From IMG/VR virus record IMGVR_UViG_2537562190_000015: a DNA stretch of 40,105 nucleotides. The stretch is one strand, 5' to 3'. Position 1 is the stretch's first letter, and each line of letters opens with the position of its first letter. Origin of the DNA: a virus. Lineage: Duplodnaviria; Heunggongvirae; Uroviricota; Caudoviricetes. The position numbers and the translations under genes were made by a program. The notes beneath the pieces are model-generated. The model did no database searches. It saw nothing but the letters and a program-made list of their open reading frames with translations, and had not been told where the DNA came from. This document shows, piece after piece, positions 28,276 through 36,091 of this stretch.

Positions 28276-29271
28276 TCAGGCCAGCACACCAATCGCCAGT
28301 GCGCGATCGATAAAACGAAATATCAGCTCCAGCTGGGAGCCATACTTCTCTTCAAATGCCACGGTATCCGCATGCAGTTCGTCGTGGTGTTTTCTGCACA
28401 AAGGCAGCACAAAAAGGTCATGCGCTTTTGTACCCATTCCACCCTGACCATGGCCTATCAGATGATGCGGATCATCAGCTGGCTTTCCACAACATGCACA
28501 CGGCTGTGTCTTAACCCAGCGCGTGTACTTTTCATTAACCCAGCGGCGACGTTTTGGGCGTAACATAAAAGACTCCGGCGACTCCGGATCCACTTTCAGC
28601 GCCAGCACCTTTTTCGCCTTATCCTGGATGATGCTGGTGGCAGGAACCGAAGGCACAAGGTCACTTTCCCGGGTAACAGACGGCACAACAGGCTTCGGTA
28701 ATCTCAGTGCCTTACGGGCTGCACTTTCCGGTAAGGCATCCGCCAGATCATTACGAATCAGCCACCAGCACAGTTCCGGCATTGTCACAACGTGACTGTC
28801 ATCAAAACCGAGATCCCGACGCACAACAGACAACACCCAGCGGGCACAGTTATCCGTTGCCATTGATTCCAGCCGTTCCGTGAACTGATCGCGCAGCTGG
28901 TTATCGCAGTGCCAGCACAGACGGATTGCACCCGGAGCGTGTCGCATTGTGGTCATGTTCTCGCTGTGCCAGTCGGAATGAGGCCACTGGCAGCCTTTTT
29001 CACGAAGTAACCAGCTTTCAAGACATTCCACGCCACCAGCACGACGGATCACTGCCTCATTGCGGAACACGGCCCGAACGGCAGGATCATCCGCCAGCGG
29101 TTGTGATGCCGCCGGAACGGCACCACTGGCGAAAGATGAATAACGCTCCGGCTCAGGCTCCAGCAGGACACGCCCCTGCATAAACAGGGGCATCAGCTCT
29201 GAACCTGGCCTGAACAATACGATCCCCATACGCGGGGCAATTTCAGGGGTCAGTAGTGCTCTCACGGTCAC
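28276..29271 (-). CDS. DUF968-family phage protein (YdfU-like) with C-terminal Cys/His HNH-like motif
   Basis: 331-aa ORF; C-terminal …[45 protein letters not shown]… resembles an HNH/zinc-finger nuclease motif; nin-region position. Confidence 0.55.
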   Translation of the reverse strand: MTVRALLTPEIAPRMGIVLFRPGSELMPLFMQGRVLLEPEPERYSSFASGAVPAASQPLADDPAVRAVFRNEAVIRRAGGVECLESWLLREKGCQWPHSDWHSENMTTMRHAPGAIRLCWHCDNQLRDQFTERLESMATDNCARWVLSVVRRDLGFDDSHVVTMPELCWWLIRNDLADALPESAARKALRLPKPVVPSVTRESDLVPSVPATSIIQDKAKKVLALKVDPESPESFMLRPKRRRWVNEKYTRWVKTQPCACCGKPADDPHHLIGHGQGGMGTKAHDLFVLPLCRKHHDELHADTVAFEEKYGSQLELIFRFIDRALAIGVLA

Positions 29272-29272
29272 C

Positions 29273-30082
29273 TCAATGAACGGTATCGAGCAGCTTTAAC
29301 AGCTCAGGGAATCGGGATTCGAAGAAATGCGGCTGCGTCTCGCGCGGATTTGCGGGACTGGTGATGTTCTTGCCGAACATGCAACCTTTCGCTGTCAGCG
29401 ACCAGAATTTTTTGATGTTGTTAATCGCTGTACGGCTGTATCGTTCGCGCTGCTCGACGATCCCCAGTTTCACCATCTGGTGATATGCCTGATTAGCCGT
29501 CAGGCGTATACCATACTGTTTCAGCAGTGCACTCAGTGACAGTGTCGGGCGACTTGAGCCATCGTGTGCATCAGCAGGAGCATCAATGGCATAGCGCGGT
29601 GCCAGATTCGGTAAGCCAACAGCCTCCTGGAGTTTCTGACAGGCACCAAGCACTGAAGAGTTAGACAGGTTTAACTCCCGGCGCATAAAGTCCAGCAGGA
29701 TCACGCCAGCCTGCATCTTGTCAGCAGCCTGTCCGGATAATTTTTCCGGTGCGCTGGTTACCATATCGAAAGTACGGATCACCTTCAGATGGAATGACGG
29801 GCTGATCCACATTGCATAGGCATACACCAGTTCCTTGCAGACATACGTTCCCCGTTCATTTCCCCCATGAATCACACTCACCGGGTCAACACCCAAATTC
29901 TGGGTGTTGGTCAATTCATGAACAAGCTCAACAGTTTGTTGGCTGGAAAGAAACTTTCCCGGCTCCTTGGTTCTGGCATTTGCACCAGATGCTACTGCTG
30001 CGCGATGCAGATCGTTCAGGCTGTAACGCCCATAAGCATCACGACGAACTTCAATACCATCAATGACCATCAGATTATTCAT
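29273..30082 (-). CDS. KilA-N domain protein (antirepressor-like)
   Basis: MNNLMVIDGIEVRRDAYGRYSLNDLHRAAVASGANARTKEPGKFLSSQQTVELVHEL… is a typical KilA-N N-terminus; start set at the Met preceded by AGGAGA. Confidence 0.65.
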   Translation of the reverse strand: MNNLMVIDGIEVRRDAYGRYSLNDLHRAAVASGANARTKEPGKFLSSQQTVELVHELTNTQNLGVDPVSVIHGGNERGTYVCKELVYAYAMWISPSFHLKVIRTFDMVTSAPEKLSGQAADKMQAGVILLDFMRRELNLSNSSVLGACQKLQEAVGLPNLAPRYAIDAPADAHDGSSRPTLSLSALLKQYGIRLTANQAYHQMVKLGIVEQRERYSRTAINNIKKFWSLTAKGCMFGKNITSPANPRETQPHFFESRFPELLKLLDTVH

Positions 30083-30101
30083 ACTTCGTTTCTCCTCTTG
30101 A

Positions 30102-30491
30102 TCAGGCGGCTGCACCCGCCGTTTTCTCGTACTTACTGATAGTGATCTCGACCTTCCCTTTCGGGATAACCGGTCCCCACTCCACCAGCATTCTTTTCAC
30201 CTGACTGTCGTCTTCCCACACACCCGCATGGGTCAGGGCGTCAAACAGCGCCTTGTTATAGTTGTCCAGATCGCGGATCCGGTTATCCGGAGGAAACAAC
30301 ACGATCTCCACTGAAGCAGGTGCCGACGTTGGTTTCGGCAGACGACGTAACTGCTCAACTATTGCTGCGCACGCCGCGCTCTGGAATTTGCGCCCCGCTG
30401 CGCTTATCAGACTCTTACCAGCAAACGCCCCTTTGTTGGGGTGTCGCCAGTACGTGTTCACGCTGGGAGGGAAAGGCAAGATCAGCTTCAT
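30102..30491 (-). CDS. rusA: RusA-family Holliday junction resolvase
   Basis: 129-aa ORF MKLILPFPPSVNTYWRHPNKG… with RDLDNYNKALFDALTHAGVWEDDSQV, matching the RusA catalytic acidic motif region. Confidence 0.8.
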   Translation of the reverse strand: MKLILPFPPSVNTYWRHPNKGAFAGKSLISAAGRKFQSAACAAIVEQLRRLPKPTSAPASVEIVLFPPDNRIRDLDNYNKALFDALTHAGVWEDDSQVKRMLVEWGPVIPKGKVEITISKYEKTAGAAA

Positions 30492-30814
30492 ACTTTCAGG
30501 CCCCTCTCATGTAACCAGTGGGCTGCACGCAGCCTGGCGTTTTCCTCACCGGCAAGCAGTGCGCGGATAATCCCGACCGCCTCGCTGTCGTCGTCCTTCA
30601 CCGCGGTATGAAGAGTTATCCCCCGGGCCACGCCACGCTTTATCGTGATGACGCCTTTTTTCTCCAGTGCGCGAAGATGCTCCACCGCTGCATTCACCGA
30701 ACGGTATCCCAGCATGGTTGCCACCTCCTGATTGGTTGGCGGAAAGCCACGTTCTTGCTGGTAAGAAATCAGCATATCCAGCACCTGCTGCTGGCATTGA
30801 GTTAACGTCGTCAT
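30488..30814 (-). CDS. LexA N-terminal DNA-binding-domain-like protein (no protease domain)
   Basis: 108-aa ORF MTTLTQCQQQVLDMLISYQQERGFPPTNQEVATMLGYRSVNAAVEHLRALEKKGVITIKRGVARGITL closely resembles the LexA winged-helix N-domain (…RQQEVFDLIRDH…[36 protein letters not shown]…), and there is no S24 peptidase part. Confidence 0.65.
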   Translation of the reverse strand: MTTLTQCQQQVLDMLISYQQERGFPPTNQEVATMLGYRSVNAAVEHLRALEKKGVITIKRGVARGITLHTAVKDDDSEAVGIIRALLAGEENARLRAAHWLHERGLKV

Positions 30815-31464
30815 GCCGCCATCTCCCTGACCAGTTTTTCCGCCTGCTGGCGAACCTGCGCCAGAAAGGCCTCACCACATGCCTCAAGTTCATCGCGCCC
30901 GATGTAGCTGATTGCCGGTCCCTTCCAGGTCTTGTCGAAAACAGCAATAGCACCAGCGAAGAAAGCGCCTGTCGGCACCTGCTTCTCATCCTTCGGGATA
31001 AACCAGGCAGGCAGTTCAAAACCAATACGCCCGCGAATAAAAGCAATATGGTCCGCATCTTCCGGCCACCACACTTCGCTGGTGGCAGCTTTGATCAGGA
31101 AAACATAGCGCCCGCCCTTATCACGCATGGCACTGGCATGTTTCATGATGTAACGCATGCCGGTGATGTATTGCCCCTCATGCTGACTGGCGCGGCTGTA
31201 TGGGGGATTACCAAAGGCAGCACCTTTAAGCTCCGCAAGACGTTCTGACCAGTCATGCGCCAGCGCGTTATCTTCCGCCGTGTAATACGCGGCACATTTG
31301 GCGTTATCACCGTCAGTAAACAGATCCAGAACAAACGGGCCAAACAGGGTGTTAATTCCCCAGAAAATGTTGTCCGGCGTGCGCCACTGATCGCCCACTT
31401 CCTTCAGTTCATGGGCTGGTTTGTTCCGCAGTTCCACCAGCGCCTGGCAATATTTATTACTCAT
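30811..31464 (-). CDS. phage Dam-type N6-adenine DNA methyltransferase
   Basis: 217 aa from the ATG overlapping the upstream stop (TAATG); contains the NPPY motif (AFGNPPYSRA) typical of N6-adenine methyltransferases. Confidence 0.7.
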   Translation of the reverse strand: MSNKYCQALVELRNKPAHELKEVGDQWRTPDNIFWGINTLFGPFVLDLFTDGDNAKCAAYYTAEDNALAHDWSERLAELKGAAFGNPPYSRASQHEGQYITGMRYIMKHASAMRDKGGRYVFLIKAATSEVWWPEDADHIAFIRGRIGFELPAWFIPKDEKQVPTGAFFAGAIAVFDKTWKGPAISYIGRDELEACGEAFLAQVRQQAEKLVREMAA

Positions 31465-31958
31465 TAAGCCCCCACGTAATTCCCTGACAGATACCACTCT
31501 TCACCCGATGCAGCGCGCTTGCTGCTTTTCCGTAAGCACCGCTCACGACGCGCCAGAAAATTGTTTCGTTCTGGCTGGGAGTGGCTTTCACGGAATGCCG
31601 CCATCCACACCGTTGCAGCACGACGGTATAAGCCCCTGGACTCCAGTTCTTCAGCCTGGCGGGTCAGGCACAAAATCACCCGTGGATCGTTAGTGCCGAC
31701 ATAGAAATTGCGCACAGGTCTGGTTTCTCGAACTGGTTGTGGTTCCGGTTCCTGCGCTCTCTCAGTCAGGCGCGGGAAATGTCTGCGTGTATCTCCTTCA
31801 CAACGGTGAGCCACACGCCCACTCTGACGTAACTTGCTTGCTGACTGCAGAACGCGCTGCCGTGAGTAACCTGCAAAAGCATCCGCAATGTCTCCGGAAG
31901 TACATCCCGGATGGGCTTCAATGAATTTCTGAACTTCATTCAAAAGACTCATGATCAC
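31464..31958 (-). CDS. PerC-like/YfdN-like protein (164 aa)
   Basis: 164-aa ORF; central …LTRQAEELESRGLYRRAATVWMAAFRE… resembles the PerC-family signature as recalled; start overlaps the replication-gene stop (ATGA). Confidence 0.45.
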   Translation of the reverse strand: MIMSLLNEVQKFIEAHPGCTSGDIADAFAGYSRQRVLQSASKLRQSGRVAHRCEGDTRRHFPRLTERAQEPEPQPVRETRPVRNFYVGTNDPRVILCLTRQAEELESRGLYRRAATVWMAAFRESHSQPERNNFLARRERCLRKSSKRAASGEEWYLSGNYVGA

Positions 31959-32896
31959 CCCCTGAATCCTGCCGGGATCTGGCTGTAGTCCACGTTGTCG
32001 TAACTGGATTTGAAGTACGGGTCTTCGCGTTTTTCGGTGTACGTGCTGACGGACGGTGATAAGCGCAGGGAAAGCTCATCCCATTTTTCCCGCAACTTCG
32101 ACGGGCTGAGCACGTTACGGCACCAGAACGGATCGCGGCTGACGCGGCTGTACATCTCGCAGATTTGTTTGTGAGTACGACCATCCTGCACACACATCAG
32201 GCGAATTTCGTTTGCCCAGGCTGTCCAGTTCGGTTCTTTGGGACGAACCACCTCGCCGTCACATTCGGCGGCTTGCTCGTACAGGGCGATGATTTTTTTC
32301 CAGAGCCACTGTGCGCAGGTCAAATCATCCTGCGTTCCCCACTGGCGCTTTTTAGGGCTGAATACAACCGCATCAGGATGGCGAGTTAAAAAATCCTGTT
32401 CATCCGTCTGCGTGTCCGGTTGCGAAGCGTCCGGACGAGAAGGTTTTTTATCTGACGGATCATGTTTTGATTTTACTGACGGATCCCCGCCAGATTCTGA
32501 CGGGTGAAAACCCGCTTTTTTGCCAGATTTCGACGCATCAAATTTTGACGGGTCAGATTTTGATGCGTCAGATTTTGACGGGTCAGAATCTGACAGTTGA
32601 GAAAATGCCGCTGCCTGAAGCTTCGCAACGTTAAGCTGATAAACATTCGACGCATTGCGGTTACCCTGGCGACGCGCCTTACGCGTTAACCAGCCTTCTG
32701 CTTCCAGCCGTGCGATAGCCGTCCTGACGGTACTCATCCCCGCGCCAATCTGACGGGCAATAGTTTCAATTGATGGCCAGCACACACCTTCGTCATTACT
32801 GAAATCAGCCAGGCGGGCCATAATTGCCACGCTGGATAATTTCATGCCTGATGCAGCGCAACCATCCCATACATAGCCGGTTAATTTAGTGCTCAT
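31955..32896 (-). CDS. replication initiator protein (O-like) containing the origin iterons
   Basis: N-terminal winged-HTH …SSVAIMARLADFSNDEGVCWPSIETIARQIGAGMSTVRTAIARLEAEGWLTRK; the middle encodes repeated SDSDPSKSDASKSDPSKFDASKSG, reflecting DNA iterons, as in lambda O. Confidence 0.75.
   Translation of the reverse strand: MSTKLTGYVWDGCAASGMKLSSVAIMARLADFSNDEGVCWPSIETIARQIGAGMSTVRTAIARLEAEGWLTRKARRQGNRNASNVYQLNVAKLQAAAFSQLSDSDPSKSDASKSDPSKFDASKSGKKAGFHPSESGGDPSVKSKHDPSDKKPSRPDASQPDTQTDEQDFLTRHPDAVVFSPKKRQWGTQDDLTCAQWLWKKIIALYEQAAECDGEVVRPKEPNWTAWANEIRLMCVQDGRTHKQICEMYSRVSRDPFWCRNVLSPSKLREKWDELSLRLSPSVSTYTEKREDPYFKSSYDNVDYSQIPAGFRG
32440..32600. repeat. ori: origin-of-replication iterons (about 6-7 copies of a ~15-17-bp CAGATTTTGACGGGT-like unit)
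   Basis: …CAGATTCTGACGGGT…CAGATTTCGACGCAT CAAATTTTGACGGGT CAGATTTTGATGCGT CAGATTTTGACGGGT CAGAATCTGACAG…, located inside the initiator gene. Confidence 0.75.
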
Positions 32897-32905
32897 GACC
32901 GACCT

Positions 32906-33244
32906 CTATTTCCCTGAATTTACGACGAAACTGTTCGAGCGGGCTGAAGCACTCATGCTCATAGCCTTCGCGGAGGTAGATAACTCGTTGTGTTTCCGGC
33001 TCCCAACGAATGACTCTGACGGGTACTCCGTAGTGATCTTTGAACCAGCGGTTAACTTGTCGCAAAGGACTGTCTCCTTCTGCCGGTTAAAATCACCCAC
33101 AGCCCACTCTGCAAAGCTGTGGGTTACAATTACCCTGCCACCTGGTACATTAACTGCATAGCAATACTCCACCTTCGCTTTTCCACCCGGTACAGGAAGC
33201 GCAATCAGTTGCGAGCGACGGTAGTGTGTTGTTAAACTGTTCAT
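32906..33244 (-). CDS. hypothetical protein (112 aa), translationally coupled between the CII-like and O-like genes
   Basis: Start overlaps the upstream stop; a GAGG lies between its own stop and the O-like ATG; no family recognised; a competing 90-aa antisense ORF exists. Confidence 0.4.
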   Translation of the reverse strand: MNSLTTHYRRSQLIALPVPGGKAKVEYCYAVNVPGGRVIVTHSFAEWAVGDFNRQKETVLCDKLTAGSKITTEYPSESFVGSRKHNELSTSAKAMSMSASARSNSFVVNSGK

Positions 33245-33792
33245 GCGTTAGTTTCTCCACAGTCACGACACGCCACGGCGCCCGGAGCTGCACACTCGCG
33301 GGCGTCATTACTTTCTGAAATGCAAAAAATTTTGTAGACCAGTGCTGCATGCTCCTGCAGCTTCGAAATTGAGAGGTACAGCTCGTCGTTAATTGCTGTC
33401 TTCTCATGCGGTTCCACTACACCGTCTTCAATTGCTGAACGAATCTGTTTTGAATAACTGCCGATCTGTTCAATGACCTCCAGCAGGCGTTGGTTGATAT
33501 CGGCGTTGTCCACATCCTCGACATCAGGAAGAGACACAAAGACGCCATTTGCAGACTGCGCCACAGCGTCAGCAATGAAGTGAGTTCCACCAGCACGTTG
33601 CAAAATCATTGCCCATCCCAGCGGGAAAATCTGATCGCCATCGGCACGAAGGCGGTTAAATAATGCGTTCTCTGTTACATCCAGCCAGTCAGCAGCTTCA
33701 GCGTACCCCCCCGGCAACGCTGCGATAGTTTTTCTGACAGCTTTCACGTACCACTCAGGCTGTTTTTCTACTTTCCAGTGATGCTTACCCAC
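33241..33792 (-). CDS. CII-like / YdaT-like early regulatory protein (183 aa)
   Basis: Sits immediately downstream of cro and overlaps it; family assignment is from position and vague recollection only. Confidence 0.4.
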   Translation of the reverse strand: MGKHHWKVEKQPEWYVKAVRKTIAALPGGYAEAADWLDVTENALFNRLRADGDQIFPLGWAMILQRAGGTHFIADAVAQSANGVFVSLPDVEDVDNADINQRLLEVIEQIGSYSKQIRSAIEDGVVEPHEKTAINDELYLSISKLQEHAALVYKIFCISESNDARECAAPGAVACRDCGETNA

Positions 33793-34045
33793 GGTTCACC
33801 TCCTGTTCCTGTGGTTTAAACCCATTCTGGTTTTGGCTAGATTGAAAACGTGCCGGATAAAGAATCTGCATTTCGCTGACTTCACCCTTAAAAAAATTGG
33901 CTAAACGTTCTGCAAGCTCGATAGATGGAATCTGCTCCAGCCTCTCAATACGACTCAACGTCGCTGGATTGACTTGAACACCCGCAGCAACATGCTGCAA
34001 AGTGAAACCATGCGCCTTACGCACATTTCGTAATGGTGATTGCAT
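33785..34045 (-). CDS. cro: Cro-like HTH repressor
   Basis: 86-aa ORF MQSPLRNVRKAHGFTLQHVAAGVQVNPATLSRIERLEQIPSIELAERLANFF…; XRE-type HTH; divergent from cI. Confidence 0.75.
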   Translation of the reverse strand: MQSPLRNVRKAHGFTLQHVAAGVQVNPATLSRIERLEQIPSIELAERLANFFKGEVSEMQILYPARFQSSQNQNGFKPQEQEVNRG

Positions 34046-34049
34046 ACGT

Positions 34050-34140
34050 CCTCCAAATATTGCGCGTTATGCATGTTATTTCACGCAATTATTTTGCGCA
34101 AGTTGATTTGCTTATCACGCAATAAAGAAATGTAATAAAC
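34050..34140. promoter_or_regulatory. OR operator/promoter region (pR / pRM) between cro and cI
   Basis: Repeated TCACGCAA / TTGCGCAA half-sites (TTTCACGCAATTATTTTGCGCAAG, TTATCACGCAATAAA) in a 97-bp divergent intergenic region. Confidence 0.6.
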
Positions 34141-34142
34141 GC

Positions 34143-34835
34143 ATGAACATAGGAAACCGAGTCAGACAACTTCGCCAAGCGAAGAACATGAAAATCGCCG
34201 ATCTCGCTGAAGCGATAGGAGTAGATGCGGCGAACATCTCGCGCTTAGAAACGGGTAAGCAAAAACAATTTACCGAACAAACACTGAGTAATATTGCCAA
34301 GAGCTTAGGTGTTGATATTGCTGATCTCTTTACCTCTGCCCACAAAAGTAATACTGTATATAAAAACAGTAATAATGAGGATGTTGCGCAGGTGAAGGAT
34401 GTGTTCCGTATTGAAATGCTGGATATCAGTGCCAGTGCGGGAAATGGCCTTATCCAGGGCGGTGATGTCATTGATGTGATTCATGCCATCGAATACAGAA
34501 CTGATAATGCTGTATCAATGTTCGGCGGACGACCAGCCAATCACATCAAAGTTATCAACGTTCGTGGGGACAGTATGTGTCCAACCATTGAGCCAGGAGA
34601 TCTCATCTTCGTTGATGTCAGCATCAATCAGTTTGATGGTGATGGTATATATGTCTTTGGTTTTGATGACAAAATATACGTTAAAAGACTTCAAATGATT
34701 CCTGACAAACTGCTGGTGATTTCTGATAACCAGATTTACCGTGAATGGGGAATTACTAGCGAAAACGAACACCGATTCATGGTCTTTGGAAAGGTCTTAA
34801 TCAGTCAGTCGCAAACCCTTAAGAGACATAATTAA
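34143..34835 (+). CDS. cI: CI-type prophage repressor (HTH plus S24 LexA-like autopeptidase)
   Basis: 230-aa ORF; N-terminal XRE HTH (KIADLAEAIGVDAANISRLETGK); Ala-Gly cleavage site (SASAGNG); S24 motifs GDSMCPTI (Ser) and KRL (Lys). Confidence 0.9.
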   Translation: MNIGNRVRQLRQAKNMKIADLAEAIGVDAANISRLETGKQKQFTEQTLSNIAKSLGVDIADLFTSAHKSNTVYKNSNNEDVAQVKDVFRIEMLDISASAGNGLIQGGDVIDVIHAIEYRTDNAVSMFGGRPANHIKVINVRGDSMCPTIEPGDLIFVDVSINQFDGDGIYVFGFDDKIYVKRLQMIPDKLLVISDNQIYREWGITSENEHRFMVFGKVLISQSQTLKRHN

Positions 34836-34854
34836 CCTCAATATCCCATCCATC

Positions 34855-34876
34855 GGCCACCGAAAGGTGGCTTTTT
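34855..34876 (+). terminator. intrinsic terminator after cI
   Basis: GGCCACC-gaaa-GGTGGC followed by TTTTT. Confidence 0.6.
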
Positions 34877-34877
34877 A

Positions 34878-34940
34878 TTACCTATAAATTTGCATATCAC
34901 GCAAATATCACTTGCATATCTCGCAATTTAATTTTATCTT
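34878..34940 (+). promoter_or_regulatory. OL operator / candidate pL promoter region
   Basis: TTGCATATCACGCAAATATCACTTGCATATCTCGCAATTTAATTTTATCTT: same TCACGCAA-type half-sites as OR, and a TTGCAT…17 nt…TATCTT -35/-10 candidate. Confidence 0.5.
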
Positions 34941-35100
34941 TTGTTCCAGACCAACTACAGGATTACAACAAAATCTGGTTGCAACACGGTGCATGTGTCG
35001 TAAGCAGTCAGTAAATGTCAAAAACGAACAGGCAGGACGCCCACGAAGTAGCCGCCTGGGGCATATGAAGTCCAGGATGATTCGTTAGCAACAAAAAAGC

Positions 35101-35126
35101 GCCCTACAGGACGCTTAGCTCTTTAA
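35101..35126 (-). terminator. intrinsic terminator of the antisense zinc-ribbon gene
   Basis: Minus strand AAGCGTCC-tgta-GGGCGCTT followed by TTTTTT, 30 bp after the stop at 35155. Confidence 0.55.
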
Positions 35127-35154
35127 CAATCTGGATATCCACAACAGTAGTAAT

Positions 35155-35646
35155 CTACAGATTGCCGTTAAGTTTTCTGGACAACTCCTCAATGGATGGA
35201 GGCGATACGTAATCCGGATTTTTATTCATCAGAAACTTATTTTCACAGTGGAGGCACCTGCTTTTATGAAAAAGCTCATCTTCGCTAACCGGGAATGGTT
35301 GAAGTATCGATACTATCTTTTGTCCAAAACATTTTGGGCAAAGATGCATGGTTATGCTGCCACCGTTCACGATTACCTCCTTCGAGTATACAAAAGTACC
35401 CGACTCAAGTTGGTTAAGGATATAGCCTTCCGTCTGAGCCTCAAAGTTTTCGAATTCTGCAATTTTAGCTTTGAGAGAAGCATTTATTTCTTGATAAGAG
35501 CCCACCAGTTCAACGAGAGACACGCATTCGCGCTGAATAGACGCAAGCTTTGAGTTCAGCTCACCAATAGCCGCATTTACTTCAGCTTGAGTTTTTGCCT
35601 CGTTCATTAGTTTTGCAATCTGGGCTGTTTCACGAATAGCCGTCAT
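35155..35646 (-). CDS. hypothetical coiled-coil plus C-terminal zinc-ribbon protein (~163 aa); candidate lysogen-expressed moron
   Basis: MTAIRETAQIAKLMNEAKTQAEVNAAIGELNSKLASIQRECVSLVELVGSYQEINASLKAKIAEFENFEAQ… then …HLCPKCFGQKIVSILQPFPVSEDELFHKSRCLHCENKF (CxxC…CxxC). The upstream part of the 259-aa ORF-track frame is Arg/Pro-rich and was judged non-coding. Confidence 0.55.
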   Translation of the reverse strand: MTAIRETAQIAKLMNEAKTQAEVNAAIGELNSKLASIQRECVSLVELVGSYQEINASLKAKIAEFENFEAQTEGYILNQLESGTFVYSKEVIVNGGSITMHLCPKCFGQKIVSILQPFPVSEDELFHKSRCLHCENKFLMNKNPDYVSPPSIEELSRKLNGNL

Positions 35647-35946
35647 TGCTGCCGTTAATTCAGCGATCACATTGAATACTCTTATTGTTGTTGGGGATAT
35701 CCAGATTAACCGAATCCTTGTTGTTGGGGAATAACCAGGTCCACCTCGCCTGATGTGGCTAAAAGCAGGCACATAACAGCTAAGTATTTTCAACCAGAGA
35801 GAATCCTTAGCGTTGTGGTGAATGCGGCTCAGCGCACGCGGGTTAAGGTTGAGGCTGACAGTCGACCTTCTGTGGATACCCACCCGCCTGGTGTGCAACC
35901 TTCGCCAGGCACCGGGAGGCACCCGGCACCACAACTTTATGCTGTG

Positions 35947-36003
35947 TGTAGTCCTGGCGGTACCAGTTTGTACCCTTGCTTCCGGCTGGTACCGTCCTTT
36001 TTT
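35947..36003 (+). ncRNA. candidate small RNA 3' end / intrinsic terminator with partial resemblance to DicF
   Basis: 9-bp stem CGGTACCAG…CTGGTACCG followed by TCC TTTTTT; the segment CCTGGCGGTACCAGTTTGTACCC resembles the DicF core TTGGCGGTATCAGTTTTACTCC as recalled from memory. Confidence 0.3.
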
Positions 36004-36004
36004 G

Positions 36005-36091
36005 CAAAACAGAGAAGAGCATCACCGGACGACGGGCTCATAACCCAATCCATCCGGGCGGCTGCCACCGCAGGTGTTCTTCTCTGTTTTG
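36005..36091 (+). other. long imperfect hairpin (14-bp perfect arms CAAAACAGAGAAGA / TCTTCTCTGTTTTG plus 4 bp), candidate RNase III processing site in the early leader
   Basis: Inverted repeat read directly; it encloses a ~46-nt GC-rich loop and sits 50 nt upstream of the first early ORF's RBS. Confidence 0.5.

Noticed and set aside
32440-32600. CRISPR array hypothesis for the short direct repeats
   Set aside because: Repeat units are ~15 bp and contiguous with no unique spacers, they lie inside a coding gene, and there are no cas genes; this is the classic iteron arrangement.
32889-33161. 90-aa plus-strand ORF as the preferred gene call
   Set aside because: Not preferred because the minus-strand 112-aa ORF is translationally coupled to both neighbours in the pR operon; kept as an alternative in the findings.
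35647-35934. N-terminal extension of the 259-aa minus-strand ORF
   Set aside because: The upstream 96 residues are Arg/Pro-rich and cross the GC-rich structured region; the gene most likely starts at the internal ATG (35646). The region is better explained as structured RNA.
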